64,000 nucleotides of DNA. Origin: an uncultured Bacteroidota bacterium. Lineage in GTDB: Bacteria > Bacteroidota > Bacteroidia > NS11-12g > UBA9320. The position numbers were made by a program, and so were the translations under genes. This document shows, piece by piece, positions 39,405 to 48,170 of the stretch. The notes under the pieces were generated by a model. It saw only the letters and a program-made list of their open reading frames with translations. It was not told the origin of the DNA and searched no databases. The stretch's first letter is position 1. Each line of letters starts with the position of its first letter. The stretch is from positions 100,776-164,775 of the forward strand of contig CAKZLB010000046.1 of assembly GCA_937124965.1 (NCBI GenBank), given 5' to 3'.

Positions 39405-39788
39405 ATGATACGATTTGTTTGTGTGTTTTTTTCATCGGTATTACTCTATGTTACTTCTTACTCGAAAGACTCTACGGTGAGCACATACGAGCAAATCGAT
39501 AAGAACTTGGATAAGTTAAGTACAGAAATCAAATCCCAAAACCAAGGTAGAAATAATTCAGAAATACACGTTGAAGACAAATATCAAAACAGCGCTCAAC
39601 CAATTTCCAGGTATGAAGTTCAACAGCAAATAGAAAAACAAATAGCCAAACAAAAGCAAAAAAATACGTTACGTTTTCTCTCCTTCATCTTTGCAATAAC
39701 CGTCTTGTTCACCACGTTGCTTTCGCGTTATGGAAAACGGAAGCGTGAAAAAGCGAAAGACGATGCAGAAGTAAATCAAAGTGAGTAA
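39405..39788 (+). CDS. Small bitopic membrane protein (hypothetical)
   Basis: N-terminal hydrophobic segment, central Q/K-rich coiled-coil-like region, C-terminal TM (LSFIFAITVLFTTLL) and a KRKREKAK tail. Starts 3 nt after the PorQ-like stop. Confidence 0.35.
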   Translation: MIRFVCVFFSSVLLYVTSYSKDSTVSTYEQIDKNLDKLSTEIKSQNQGRNNSEIHVEDKYQNSAQPISRYEVQQQIEKQIAKQKQKNTLRFLSFIFAITVLFTTLLSRYGKRKREKAKDDAEVNQSE

Positions 39789-40429
39789 GTACCATTTAAA
39801 AATGGGTTGTATTGTTTTTCGTGGCCTATAGTTGTTTCTGGACCATGACCAGAATAAACCAAATAGCTGTCTGGTAACGTGCACAACTGCTCTTCAATCG
39901 ACTTCAATAAAACCTTCGGATCACCGCCAGGAAGGTCTGTCCGTCCAACACTGTGGCGGAACAAAACATCACCACCAAGAACAAAACCTTCATCGTTTGC
40001 AACAAAGCTTAAACTACCCGGCGAATGGCCCGGAGTGAATAGAATATCCATACGAGAATTACCAAAAGTCAAAGTATCTTTCTCAGTAATAAACGTAGAA
40101 ATATCTGGCGACTCATCATACGGTATCCCATACATTTTCGCAGACATTTTTCCACTTTCTAAAACCGGAATTTCAAGCCTGTTTGCTATTAAATTTAATC
40201 CAAATCTTTTCACCACATAACTGTTCCCAAGTATGTGGTCAATGTGACAATGTGTATTTATTAGTTTCACAGGTTTTAAGTCTTGCCCGCCTATAAACGT
40301 GCACAATTCCATTTGTTCAGACGCCGTTGAACAACCTGGATCAACAATGACACATTCCAGCGTATCATCCCAGATGACATATGTGTTTTCTTGGAATGGA
40401 TTAAACGTAAAACGATGCAAGTGAATCAT
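39776..40429 (-). CDS. MBL-fold metallo-hydrolase (glyoxalase II-like)
   Basis: THCHIDH (HxHxDH) and downstream His/Asp ligands. 217 aa. Confidence 0.8.
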   Translation of the reverse strand: MIHLHRFTFNPFQENTYVIWDDTLECVIVDPGCSTASEQMELCTFIGGQDLKPVKLINTHCHIDHILGNSYVVKRFGLNLIANRLEIPVLESGKMSAKMYGIPYDESPDISTFITEKDTLTFGNSRMDILFTPGHSPGSLSFVANDEGFVLGGDVLFRHSVGRTDLPGGDPKVLLKSIEEQLCTLPDSYLVYSGHGPETTIGHEKQYNPFLNGTYSL

Positions 40430-40496
40430 ACTGCGAAGATAACAGGCTTGTTTTTATTTTTATGTACTAGAACTAGCTAGCCTACGTTAACTACAC

Positions 40497-41273
40497 ATGC
40501 CCTATTTTAAACCACTTTTGGGACTGTGTCTTTTTGCTGTTGCTTGCAACAATTCTCAAACAATCTCAACAGACCAAAACGTACCCTCAGAAGAGGTTAC
40601 AGAAGTAATTTCTAAAGACGATGCACAAGGCATTCAGAAAAAATCATTTAGTAGTAAATCTCTTGGATCGGTATCAGAAGGACGTTTGGTGAATGGAAAA
40701 AGTGTGCCTTTTGAAGGTCCTAATTTTCGTTATTTTGACTCGCTAAGCTTTGTAAACGAAAGGTGCTATCTCAACGATAGGGTACTGTCTGTTGTACTGC
40801 ATGCATATGAAGATTTGGAAAGAAAAGCACCGAACCGACAGTTCACCATTATGGAGTGTTCCAACAAAGATGGAGGTGTTATCCAGCCTCACCGAACCCA
40901 TCAAAACGGTTTAAGTATTGACTTTATGGTTCCCTTACAAAAAGATAATTTACCATGTTACGATTATGACGCTATAGGAGGAAGACATTATTTACTTGAT
41001 TTCAATAATAACGGCCAATTAGTCTCAGACACCGATGTACAGATCGATTTCGACTTAATAGCAAAGCATCTATTAACCCTTGACTCCATTGGAAAAACCA
41101 AAAACGTACAGATTAAAAAAGTAATTCTTAAAACCGAGTTTAAAAAACAATTATTTAACACATCTAGCGGCAACGTTTTAAGGTCAGCAGGCATCTATTT
41201 TGTGCAAAAGCTAACACCGTTAATTAACGAACTACATGACGACCATTACCACATTGATTTTGAAATTATTTAA
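40497..41273 (+). CDS. mepA: Penicillin-insensitive murein endopeptidase (peptidase M74, MepA-like)
   Basis: HRTHQNGLSIDF and ELHDDHYHIDF correspond to the MepA zinc-binding blocks (HxxHQxGLDVD / HDDHFHV). Signal peptide present. Confidence 0.75.
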   Translation: MPYFKPLLGLCLFAVACNNSQTISTDQNVPSEEVTEVISKDDAQGIQKKSFSSKSLGSVSEGRLVNGKSVPFEGPNFRYFDSLSFVNERCYLNDRVLSVVLHAYEDLERKAPNRQFTIMECSNKDGGVIQPHRTHQNGLSIDFMVPLQKDNLPCYDYDAIGGRHYLLDFNNNGQLVSDTDVQIDFDLIAKHLLTLDSIGKTKNVQIKKVILKTEFKKQLFNTSSGNVLRSAGIYFVQKLTPLINELHDDHYHIDFEII

Positions 41274-42309
41274 CCATTCAACTTTTTTTGTACTTGGTTG
41301 CATAATGGTATGTTACAGTTGTGATGATCAAACAGGTAAGGCAAATGAAACTTCAAATCACCTTACAACTGAGGAAAACTATGAGGTAATTAAAAGTGTA
41401 AATAATTACTCTTACTACAATTCTCAGTACACTGTTACGATTAAAACGGTTAAAAATTCAAATATCTACAAAGTCAATATGGTTCGGGACAGCTTATTGG
41501 TATTTGATGCTTGGATTGACTCCGAACAATTGAGAATTGCAACCGATTCTTCAAAGAACAAAAACATCATTAAAGAGTATTCCCGTTTAGCTAATTTACC
41601 CGTCCAAGAACTAGCTTCTACTGGCGGTGGACGCTTAGGTTACACGTATTTCAAAGCCACTTTTGCACCACCAAATGACAAAAAAGTTGTTTTACGATTT
41701 GGGATAAACTATTTAAAAGATCCTGGAAAAATTGTGGTTTTAGGGATTTATACTTTACAGAACCCAATTGTAGATTATGAAAAGGAATCACCTACTACTG
41801 ATTTAAAGAGAAACCATGAAAACGAACGAACGGCATTTATTCAGAACTTTTTGGGGCGATATCGATTCGAAAAGACTTCTTCAGCAGAACCATATTCTCG
41901 TGTGATAAAAGCCAACCGTTTTTATCAAATAAATCTCAAATCTACTGAGTCATTCATTAACAAGTATAGTCAAAAAGATTACAACGAATTTCGTTTTGAT
42001 TTCTATTATTACAGAAATAGTGATGAACTTAAAGAAGTCAGGAAAGAGATTATTTCAAATTATGGGACGGGAGGAATGGAAATTACACCTGAAACAAAAG
42101 GCGTTAAAAACCCACCACAATACTACATATTTAACGATTCAACGCTTATTGTTGGGAAGATGTCGTGCGAAACCATGGATATGGATTCCTTTTGGACCTG
42201 GGACCATGTTAAACAAGCTATGCGTGAAGCTTTTGCAGATTCTACCAGTGAAATAATTGGTAACGATTGCGCTAGTCCGTTTTATTGGATTAATAATAAG
42301 GAAGAGTAA
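41236..42309 (+). CDS. Hypothetical (lipo)protein
   Basis: Possible lipobox VLGC near the N-terminus. Alternative start at 41305. No recognisable domain. Confidence 0.4.
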   Translation: MTTITTLILKLFNHSTFFVLGCIMVCYSCDDQTGKANETSNHLTTEENYEVIKSVNNYSYYNSQYTVTIKTVKNSNIYKVNMVRDSLLVFDAWIDSEQLRIATDSSKNKNIIKEYSRLANLPVQELASTGGGRLGYTYFKATFAPPNDKKVVLRFGINYLKDPGKIVVLGIYTLQNPIVDYEKESPTTDLKRNHENERTAFIQNFLGRYRFEKTSSAEPYSRVIKANRFYQINLKSTESFINKYSQKDYNEFRFDFYYYRNSDELKEVRKEIISNYGTGGMEITPETKGVKNPPQYYIFNDSTLIVGKMSCETMDMDSFWTWDHVKQAMREAFADSTSEIIGNDCASPFYWINNKEE

Positions 42310-42341
42310 CGGACTGACTGGAAGATTGACGATAGCAATAT

Positions 42342-43469
42342 TTATTCTTTAACGTAGTTTACCCCTCGATCGCTAAGATATTTTAGAATAAAGTCAAAAC
42401 ACTGTTCATCCTTGCCCAAATATTCCGGTGGTGAAATCCCTTTTACCGTATACAAGTCTTTCAAAAACAACTCAACGGCTGCCGTGGCCGTATAACCTGT
42501 GCAACGCGCCATAGAAGATGTCTGAGTTGTCATATCGTATGTATCTTGAAGATCGTAAACAATTTTGACGTTTTTACCTTTTTTGTTCAATCCTTCAATC
42601 GTCACCCGCATAACGGTCAACTCCTCATCGGTTGATTCAAGTTTCCACTCATTGAACAGAACCTTGCTCGTAAATTCCAATGGAGAAATGGAAACACCAT
42701 TAACCAAAAGCTTCTTTTCACTAAAAAAGCCAGACGCTTTTAACACCTTGATGTACTCAGCATGGCCAGGATAGCGCAACGTCTTTTCCTTCATGTTCGG
42801 AATGTGCGACATGGTAAAAAGTAACGATCGCAGTCCATCTGAGTTAAAGGACTCCAGTGTCCCCACGTGTGGAAACTCATGCAATTCTACATCGGTTAGT
42901 GGCTCACGAACAATCACATTACTATTTTCGACAAATCGAGCAGGACGCGTATATTCTTCAATTACATCGATTGGTGAAAACGGTGCTTTATAACAAAACG
43001 GCCATTTTCGCTCTTTAGGTAATCCTCCGACCAAACACTCGAAATTCGTAACGGTCAATTCTTCATTGTATCGACCAAGAATGATATTGTCCATGCCTGG
43101 AGCAACACCACAATCGACGATTGCGGTTACCCCATTTTCTAAAGCTAAATCGTGAAGCAACAGTGCATCTTCTGGGAAGAAAGAAATATCTACAACGTCT
43201 TTTTTCGCTTTTATAATCGACTTCAGTGTTTGGAATCCTAAAAATCCAGGCACTGCACAGACCACCAAATCAAACCGTTGAATTACCTCAATCAATAGTT
43301 TTTTGTCCGTCACATCTACAATTTTAGTTGTAAGCAACGACTGTTTCGCCAACAAATTTGCCAATGCTTGTTCGTTAGCATCAAAAACTGTAACTTCATG
43401 ATTTTGAGACAAGTCAATAGCCATTGCGCTTCCAACCATTCCTGCTCCTAATACTGCTATTTTACTCAT
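42342..43469 (-). CDS. Saccharopine dehydrogenase-family NAD(P)-binding oxidoreductase
   Basis: Rossmann start MSKIAVLGAGMVGSAMAIDL and Sacchrp_dh-like C-terminal half. Confidence 0.8.
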   Translation of the reverse strand: MSKIAVLGAGMVGSAMAIDLSQNHEVTVFDANEQALANLLAKQSLLTTKIVDVTDKKLLIEVIQRFDLVVCAVPGFLGFQTLKSIIKAKKDVVDISFFPEDALLLHDLALENGVTAIVDCGVAPGMDNIILGRYNEELTVTNFECLVGGLPKERKWPFCYKAPFSPIDVIEEYTRPARFVENSNVIVREPLTDVELHEFPHVGTLESFNSDGLRSLLFTMSHIPNMKEKTLRYPGHAEYIKVLKASGFFSEKKLLVNGVSISPLEFTSKVLFNEWKLESTDEELTVMRVTIEGLNKKGKNVKIVYDLQDTYDMTTQTSSMARCTGYTATAAVELFLKDLYTVKGISPPEYLGKDEQCFDFILKYLSDRGVNYVKE

Positions 43470-43564
43470 GATTTATATTGTATTTTTTTATAAGAGATGA
43501 GCAATATAAGGTTCCATTTCTAATATTTGGAATGTCAGCTTGTACGGCTGTAAATTTGCCGTAC

Positions 43565-44260
43565 ATGAATAAACGAATAATAACCATCTTACTAATGCTT
43601 TTCGGGTTGACTCCATCGTTATTGTATGGACAAATCGATAGTGACCAACTTGGATCTTGGTACATTTATTTCTGGAAAACTCAATTAGCCGAAAAACAAT
43701 GGGGGTTTCAAGGCGATATCCAATACCGAAATTGGAATATTCTTGGAGATCTTGAGCAGCTACTAATTCGCGGTGGCGTTACGTATACACCAAAAAACAC
43801 AGAGGTTTTACTTACCGTTGGTTATGCTAATATTAACACGGGTCAATATGGTCAAAGACTTACTAGTACCATCATGGAAAACCGAATCTACCAAGAAGCA
43901 TTACTACCAAACACCATTGGGAAATTTCACTTTACACATCGGTTTCGTTACGAACAACGCATTATGTACAACCAAGAGTTTAGGACACGATATCGTTACA
44001 ACCTTTTTCTAAACATCCCTCTTAAGGGAAATACTATAGATGTAAAGTCACCGTATTTAGCTCTTTATAATGAGTTGTTTATCAATGGTCAAAACAGTTA
44101 TGGACAAACGACCAATACCTATTTTGACCGCAATCGATTCTATGCTGGCATTGGATATAAAGCGCAAAAAAATCTAAAATTTCAACTTGCCGTTATGAAG
44201 CAAACAACAAATAATTATTCGAAGAATCAGCTTCAAATTAGCGGACACCATAGTTTTTAA
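43565..44260 (+). CDS. Secreted/outer-membrane hypothetical protein (possibly DUF2490-like)
   Basis: Start set at MNKRIITILLMLFGLTPSLLYGQ (signal peptide). Beta-rich with aromatic girdle residues. Confidence 0.45.
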   Translation: MNKRIITILLMLFGLTPSLLYGQIDSDQLGSWYIYFWKTQLAEKQWGFQGDIQYRNWNILGDLEQLLIRGGVTYTPKNTEVLLTVGYANINTGQYGQRLTSTIMENRIYQEALLPNTIGKFHFTHRFRYEQRIMYNQEFRTRYRYNLFLNIPLKGNTIDVKSPYLALYNELFINGQNSYGQTTNTYFDRNRFYAGIGYKAQKNLKFQLAVMKQTTNNYSKNQLQISGHHSF

Positions 44261-44264
44261 TCGG

Positions 44265-44915
44265 ATGACCGCCGAATATTTATTTGACGAATACGCCGAG
44301 ATTTACCAGAACAAATATTGGGATGTTTCTAAGTATTCTAAAAGCATTGACGCCCTTTGTTCTGAGATAAAAAAAGACTGTCCAACACTAATTGAACTCG
44401 GCTGTGGCCCGGGTAATTTAACCAATGCACTGTTAGCCCAACTGCCTACTTCAAATTATTTGGCAACGGATATTTCTTCAGAAATGGTGAAGCTTTCGGT
44501 TAAAAACAATCCAACAGCCGACCACGAAGTACTTGACATAAATAACCTAGCAACCCGCTCAAAAACCTACGATGGTATTGTAGCGGGATTTTGCATTCCT
44601 TACCTATCGCCCGAACAGGTTGTTGATTTTTTAGAAGCGGCGAAACGCATGTTAAATCATGGTGGTATGCTTTATTTAAGTGCAATAATCGCCACTCAAA
44701 ACAGCAAGGAACGCACTGTTTCCAGCGATGGCCAGCAACATCTTGACATGTATTATTATTCTAAGTCATGGTTAATTAACCAACTAAAAAACCATGGTTT
44801 TACGCTATTATTTGATGAAACCATTCACATAGATAACAATCCCAAAAATGAAAAAATGGATTGGACTGCAGTGATGCGGTTGGATTATAATAAAAAGTCA
44901 CCTTGCCCTAGTTAG
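44265..44915 (+). CDS. Class I SAM-dependent methyltransferase
   Basis: LIELGCGPGNLTNAL motif I. The last 7 codons and the stop lie inside direct-repeat copy 1. Confidence 0.7.
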   Translation: MTAEYLFDEYAEIYQNKYWDVSKYSKSIDALCSEIKKDCPTLIELGCGPGNLTNALLAQLPTSNYLATDISSEMVKLSVKNNPTADHEVLDINNLATRSKTYDGIVAGFCIPYLSPEQVVDFLEAAKRMLNHGGMLYLSAIIATQNSKERTVSSDGQQHLDMYYYSKSWLINQLKNHGFTLLFDETIHIDNNPKNEKMDWTAVMRLDYNKKSPCPS

Positions 44916-45052
44916 GTGACCTTATTTACAACACGAAATATTAATGAGGGTTGTTGGCCTTGGCCATGCGAAAAACCTCTTTTACCATTAAAGTCTAATA
45001 AATTTTCTGTTTTGATTACGGAGATGTCAGATTGGATTGCATAATACAACCT
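44892..45052. repeat. Direct-repeat copy 1: hairpin (AAGTCACCT..AGGTGACTT) plus degenerate copy of the icd 3' end
   Basis: About 85% identical over ~160 bp to 48008..48170. The minus-strand translation gives ...DISVIKTENLLDFNGKRGFSHGQGQQPSL, against the real icd C-terminus DIDVIKTENLYDFNGNRGYSLGQGQ*. Confidence 0.75.
44938..45030 (-). pseudogene. Displaced 3'-terminal fragment of icd (about 25 codons, no upstream gene body)
   Basis: See direct-repeat copy 1. Only the terminal codons are present, and its stop is shifted relative to the real icd. Confidence 0.6.
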
Positions 45053-45175
45053 TTAGCTAAGCGCATGTGTATCTCAGGGCATTGCGTATAAGCTTTGTTG
45101 TATGCTGTTTTTTCATTTTTTGTTTAAGCCTTTGAAACAAATAGCCCCGAATTGCTCGGGATGGTTTGTTACAAG

Positions 45176-47449
45176 TTAGTTTTTCACTGTTACAAACCAC
45201 ATGTCAACTTCCCCTTTGCCTTTTGCCTCAATCTTACCTCTGTGTTCAAAATCGAAGTGTGGTTCATCTTTGATGATTTCATAGGTGGTGTTGGAGATGT
45301 TGACCTTCCCCACTTCACCAGCACTTTCCATGCGGCTGGCGGTGTTTACCGTATCACCCCAAATATCGTATTGGAATTTGGTTGCACCAACAATACCAGC
45401 CACAACAGGACCGGTATGAATACCCGCTCTCATTTCAAAAGCAGGTTTGCCAGCCGCATCATTTTCTGCTTTGCGCGATGTTATAAACGCTTGCATTTCT
45501 AATGCAGCCAATACAGTATTCTTCGTTGATTCGGCTGTTGGTATAGGCAAACCTCCGGCCGCCATATAAGCATCTCCAATGGTTTTGATTTTCTCTACGT
45601 TGTACTTTTTACAAATGGAGTCAAAGGCTTCGAAGCAGATATTGATTTCTGCCACTAGCTCTTTGGCGCTGAGCTTTGCCGATGTCTGTGTAAATTCCTT
45701 GAAGTCGGTGAAGAGAATGGACACGTTTTCAAAATCACGGGCTTCGGCTTTGCCATTTTCTTTGAGCTCTGCAGCTATATCTGCAGGGAGAATGTTTAGC
45801 AATAGATTGTCGGAACGGTCTTTTTCTTTGGAGATGGTGTCTCTTGATTTTTTAATATAGCGGTTACGAGAATACAGTCCGCCTGCAATTAGTAGCAACA
45901 GCATTCCACCACCTGCCAACATATTTCTCGTTCTGTTCTTAATAGCAACTTCTTCTTGGTGGGCTTCTTGCACTAGACGGGCTTCTTCGGCTTTTGCAAT
46001 GCTGTCTTGCAATATGGTCTTGGCAAACTCCATTTGTTGGAGTTTTTGGGTAGTTTCTTGTGCATTTAAACTGTCATCAATGACTTTCATTTTTTCCATG
46101 TATATCAACGCCATATTGCCGTTACCGATGGCTTTGTAGGACTGGTAAATGCATTGACATGGACCGCTCTGATCTTTCAAAACATTTACTTCTTCAGCTA
46201 GTGCCAACCCTTGCATACAATATTTAAGTGCTTCGTCGTATTGTCTTTTTGAAAGGTAAATATCTCCAATATTCGTAAAAACACCTGATGTTCGCTTTTT
46301 AAGCCCAAATTGTTCATATTGTTTTAAGGAACGATGAAAATATGCTAGCGCGTTTGTGTAATCACCTTGCCTACTATAAACAAGACCAATATTGTTCAAA
46401 AGGTCTGCAATCAACTTTTCAAAAACAATCTCTTCTGCAATTTGTAAAGCTTGGTTGTAATAATCCAATGCCATAGTATAGTTACCCTGGTCAGAGTATA
46501 CATTTCCTATCAAATTTTGAGTTGCAGCGACGTCGTTTTTAAGTCCTAGGCTTGTTGATAAATTTAGGGAACGGTTGCAATACTTCAATGCTTCGGTGAA
46601 GTTTTCTTGATACAAGTAAATTATGCCAATATTAGACAAACAAAGTGAAACTCCTCGTTCGGACTTTGCCCCTTCAAACATTATTAATGAACGCTTAATA
46701 TATTCAAGAGCTTTGTCGTACATACCTTGTTCAACGTATATACTTCCGATGTTAAAAAAACTTCCTGCAGTATTTAAACTATCCTCAATTTCTATATTAT
46801 ATTTAAGTTCTCGATTGAAAACGTTTATGGCCATAGCGTATTTACCCTGCATCTTGAATAATTTACCAAGAGAATTTAAAGCAGTTCCAACTCCTGCTTT
46901 ATAGCCAACCTTTTCAGAAATAGTGATGGACTGATTTACATATTCAATTGCTTTGTCTAAATCGCCTTGTTGCTCATAAACGTTCGAAATTCTAGCCAAC
47001 AGCTTTGCAACCCTTCTATCTTCGCCTAATTCTTCATATATCTTTAGTGCATAATTGTAGTTCTCCAAGGTTTTGGTGAAGTCTTTTTTATTGAAATATG
47101 AAGCTGCTATATTATTGAATCCCTTTGCCTCACCCAATGGGTAATTATTTTTTTTACTGTAGGCAATTAACCTTTCTGAAAGAGCAATGGCTGTGTCTGG
47201 ATTGGATGTTACATATCCGGACCAAATGTAATGTTGGAAAGCCTTGGTCCGGCTTGAATCATGTTGTGTTTCATCTTGCCAAACGCCGTATAAGGAGTCT
47301 AGGTTTTGCCCATGCGCAGAATTAGTTCCAATAGCTACCGGGAGCGAAAAACTGATTAAAGTTAAAAGTGAATAGTTAAGGATTCTAGTTTTCATAATGA
47401 GTCGGGATTTCACTGCTTTTGATTTTGTTTTTATAAAGGTATCTCTCAT
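45176..47449 (-). CDS. TPR-repeat sensor adenylate/guanylate cyclase (class III cyclase homology domain)
   Basis: N-terminal signal/TM and about 10 TPR units (…YNQALQIAEE…). Also a TM helix, a coiled coil and a C-terminal cyclase domain (FTDFKEFT...GDAYMAAGGLP...RAGIHTGPVVAGIVG...WGDTVNTASRMES). Alternative start at 47395. Confidence 0.85.
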   Translation of the reverse strand: MRDTFIKTKSKAVKSRLIMKTRILNYSLLTLISFSLPVAIGTNSAHGQNLDSLYGVWQDETQHDSSRTKAFQHYIWSGYVTSNPDTAIALSERLIAYSKKNNYPLGEAKGFNNIAASYFNKKDFTKTLENYNYALKIYEELGEDRRVAKLLARISNVYEQQGDLDKAIEYVNQSITISEKVGYKAGVGTALNSLGKLFKMQGKYAMAINVFNRELKYNIEIEDSLNTAGSFFNIGSIYVEQGMYDKALEYIKRSLIMFEGAKSERGVSLCLSNIGIIYLYQENFTEALKYCNRSLNLSTSLGLKNDVAATQNLIGNVYSDQGNYTMALDYYNQALQIAEEIVFEKLIADLLNNIGLVYSRQGDYTNALAYFHRSLKQYEQFGLKKRTSGVFTNIGDIYLSKRQYDEALKYCMQGLALAEEVNVLKDQSGPCQCIYQSYKAIGNGNMALIYMEKMKVIDDSLNAQETTQKLQQMEFAKTILQDSIAKAEEARLVQEAHQEEVAIKNRTRNMLAGGGMLLLLIAGGLYSRNRYIKKSRDTISKEKDRSDNLLLNILPADIAAELKENGKAEARDFENVSILFTDFKEFTQTSAKLSAKELVAEINICFEAFDSICKKYNVEKIKTIGDAYMAAGGLPIPTAESTKNTVLAALEMQAFITSRKAENDAAGKPAFEMRAGIHTGPVVAGIVGATKFQYDIWGDTVNTASRMESAGEVGKVNISNTTYEIIKDEPHFDFEHRGKIEAKGKGEVDMWFVTVKN

Positions 47450-47639
47450 TGTTCGTTGTTCACTATAAACTTTTCACTGTTATACAATATCCGACGGGTT
47501 TATGCTGTTGTTGGGTTTTGAATGGTGGTTCATGCTGTTGTTGCAAATTAAGAAAAATATGGGTTTGGACAACCTCCAGAGTTCGTGAACGTTGCTCGTA
47601 TTGTTCGTTGATTTTTGTTGGTTTGGAATTACTAAAGAG

Positions 47640-47930
47640 TTGTTGGGGGTGGCACATAGTTGGTTTGCAAAAGACGGATGTTGCGCCCCGAGACTGGAGG
47701 CCTGAACGCAGTGAAGGGTGCGCAGCACGGAGCAACGCGAACCCGTAAGGCGAGGAAATGGCGCCAAAGAAAATGATATTCAACCAGTTGTTTGTGCGCT
47801 TCGTAGGAAGATAGCGGTGTTCTCACATCGTGTATGGCGCTCAATGCATGATGTAGGGTTTGTCGACTAACTGTTTACAAACCCACTCGACCTTCACACA
47901 ACCGCCATTAGTGGGTCAGAGCTGCCTCGT
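47640..47930. other. GC-rich, ORF-free element: candidate structured RNA or other non-coding element of unknown class
   Basis: Local GC is far above the flanks. Contains palindromes (GGCGCC) and complementary blocks GCGCCCCGAG.../...GGCGAGGAAATGGCGCC. Only short overlapping ORFs on both strands. Confidence 0.25.
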
Positions 47931-48007
47931 CGACTTCGTTTTATGATATTCTAAACCTATTACTTTGGTTTCTACGAAGTCCCAAAACATCTCTCGGGTA
48001 TAAAAGT

Positions 48008-48170
48008 AAAAAGTCACCTAACCGAAGCTAGGTGACCTTATTTACAACACGAAATATTAATGTGGGTTATTGGCCTTGGCCAAGCGAATAACCTCTGTTA
48101 CCATTAAAGTCATATAAATTCTCTGTTTTGATTACGTCGATGTCTGCAACAATTGCATGATTCAATAAGC
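48008..48170. repeat. Direct-repeat copy 2: terminator hairpin plus authentic icd 3' end
   Basis: AAAAAGTCACCT-aaccgaagct-AGGTGACTTATTT hairpin immediately 3' of the icd stop. Homologous to 44892..45052. Confidence 0.75.

Noticed and set aside
39832-40220. Two plus-strand ORFs (68 and 113 aa) antisense to the MBL hydrolase
   Set aside because: Antisense to a gene with an HxHxDH motif. No support.
45152-45502. 116-aa plus-strand ORF
   Set aside because: It lies antisense within the conserved cyclase domain of the 757-aa gene. Low-complexity translation.
47449-47844. Four overlapping small ORFs (60-106 aa) on both strands within the GC-rich block
   Set aside because: They are mutually overlapping and low-complexity (C/W-rich), with no start context or homology. 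This is more consistent with non-coding structured DNA/RNA than with genes.
47640-47930. Hypothesis that the GC-rich element is RNase P RNA or tmRNA
   Set aside because: The universal RNase P P4 strands (GGAAAGUCCGG / ACAGAAnCCGGCUUA) are absent. No tmRNA tag ORF ending in ...ALAA-stop, no GGUUCGA T-arm and no CCA-proximal acceptor complement are visible. Only a weak resemblance to the GGUGCG...CGGAGCAA region of RNase P was seen.
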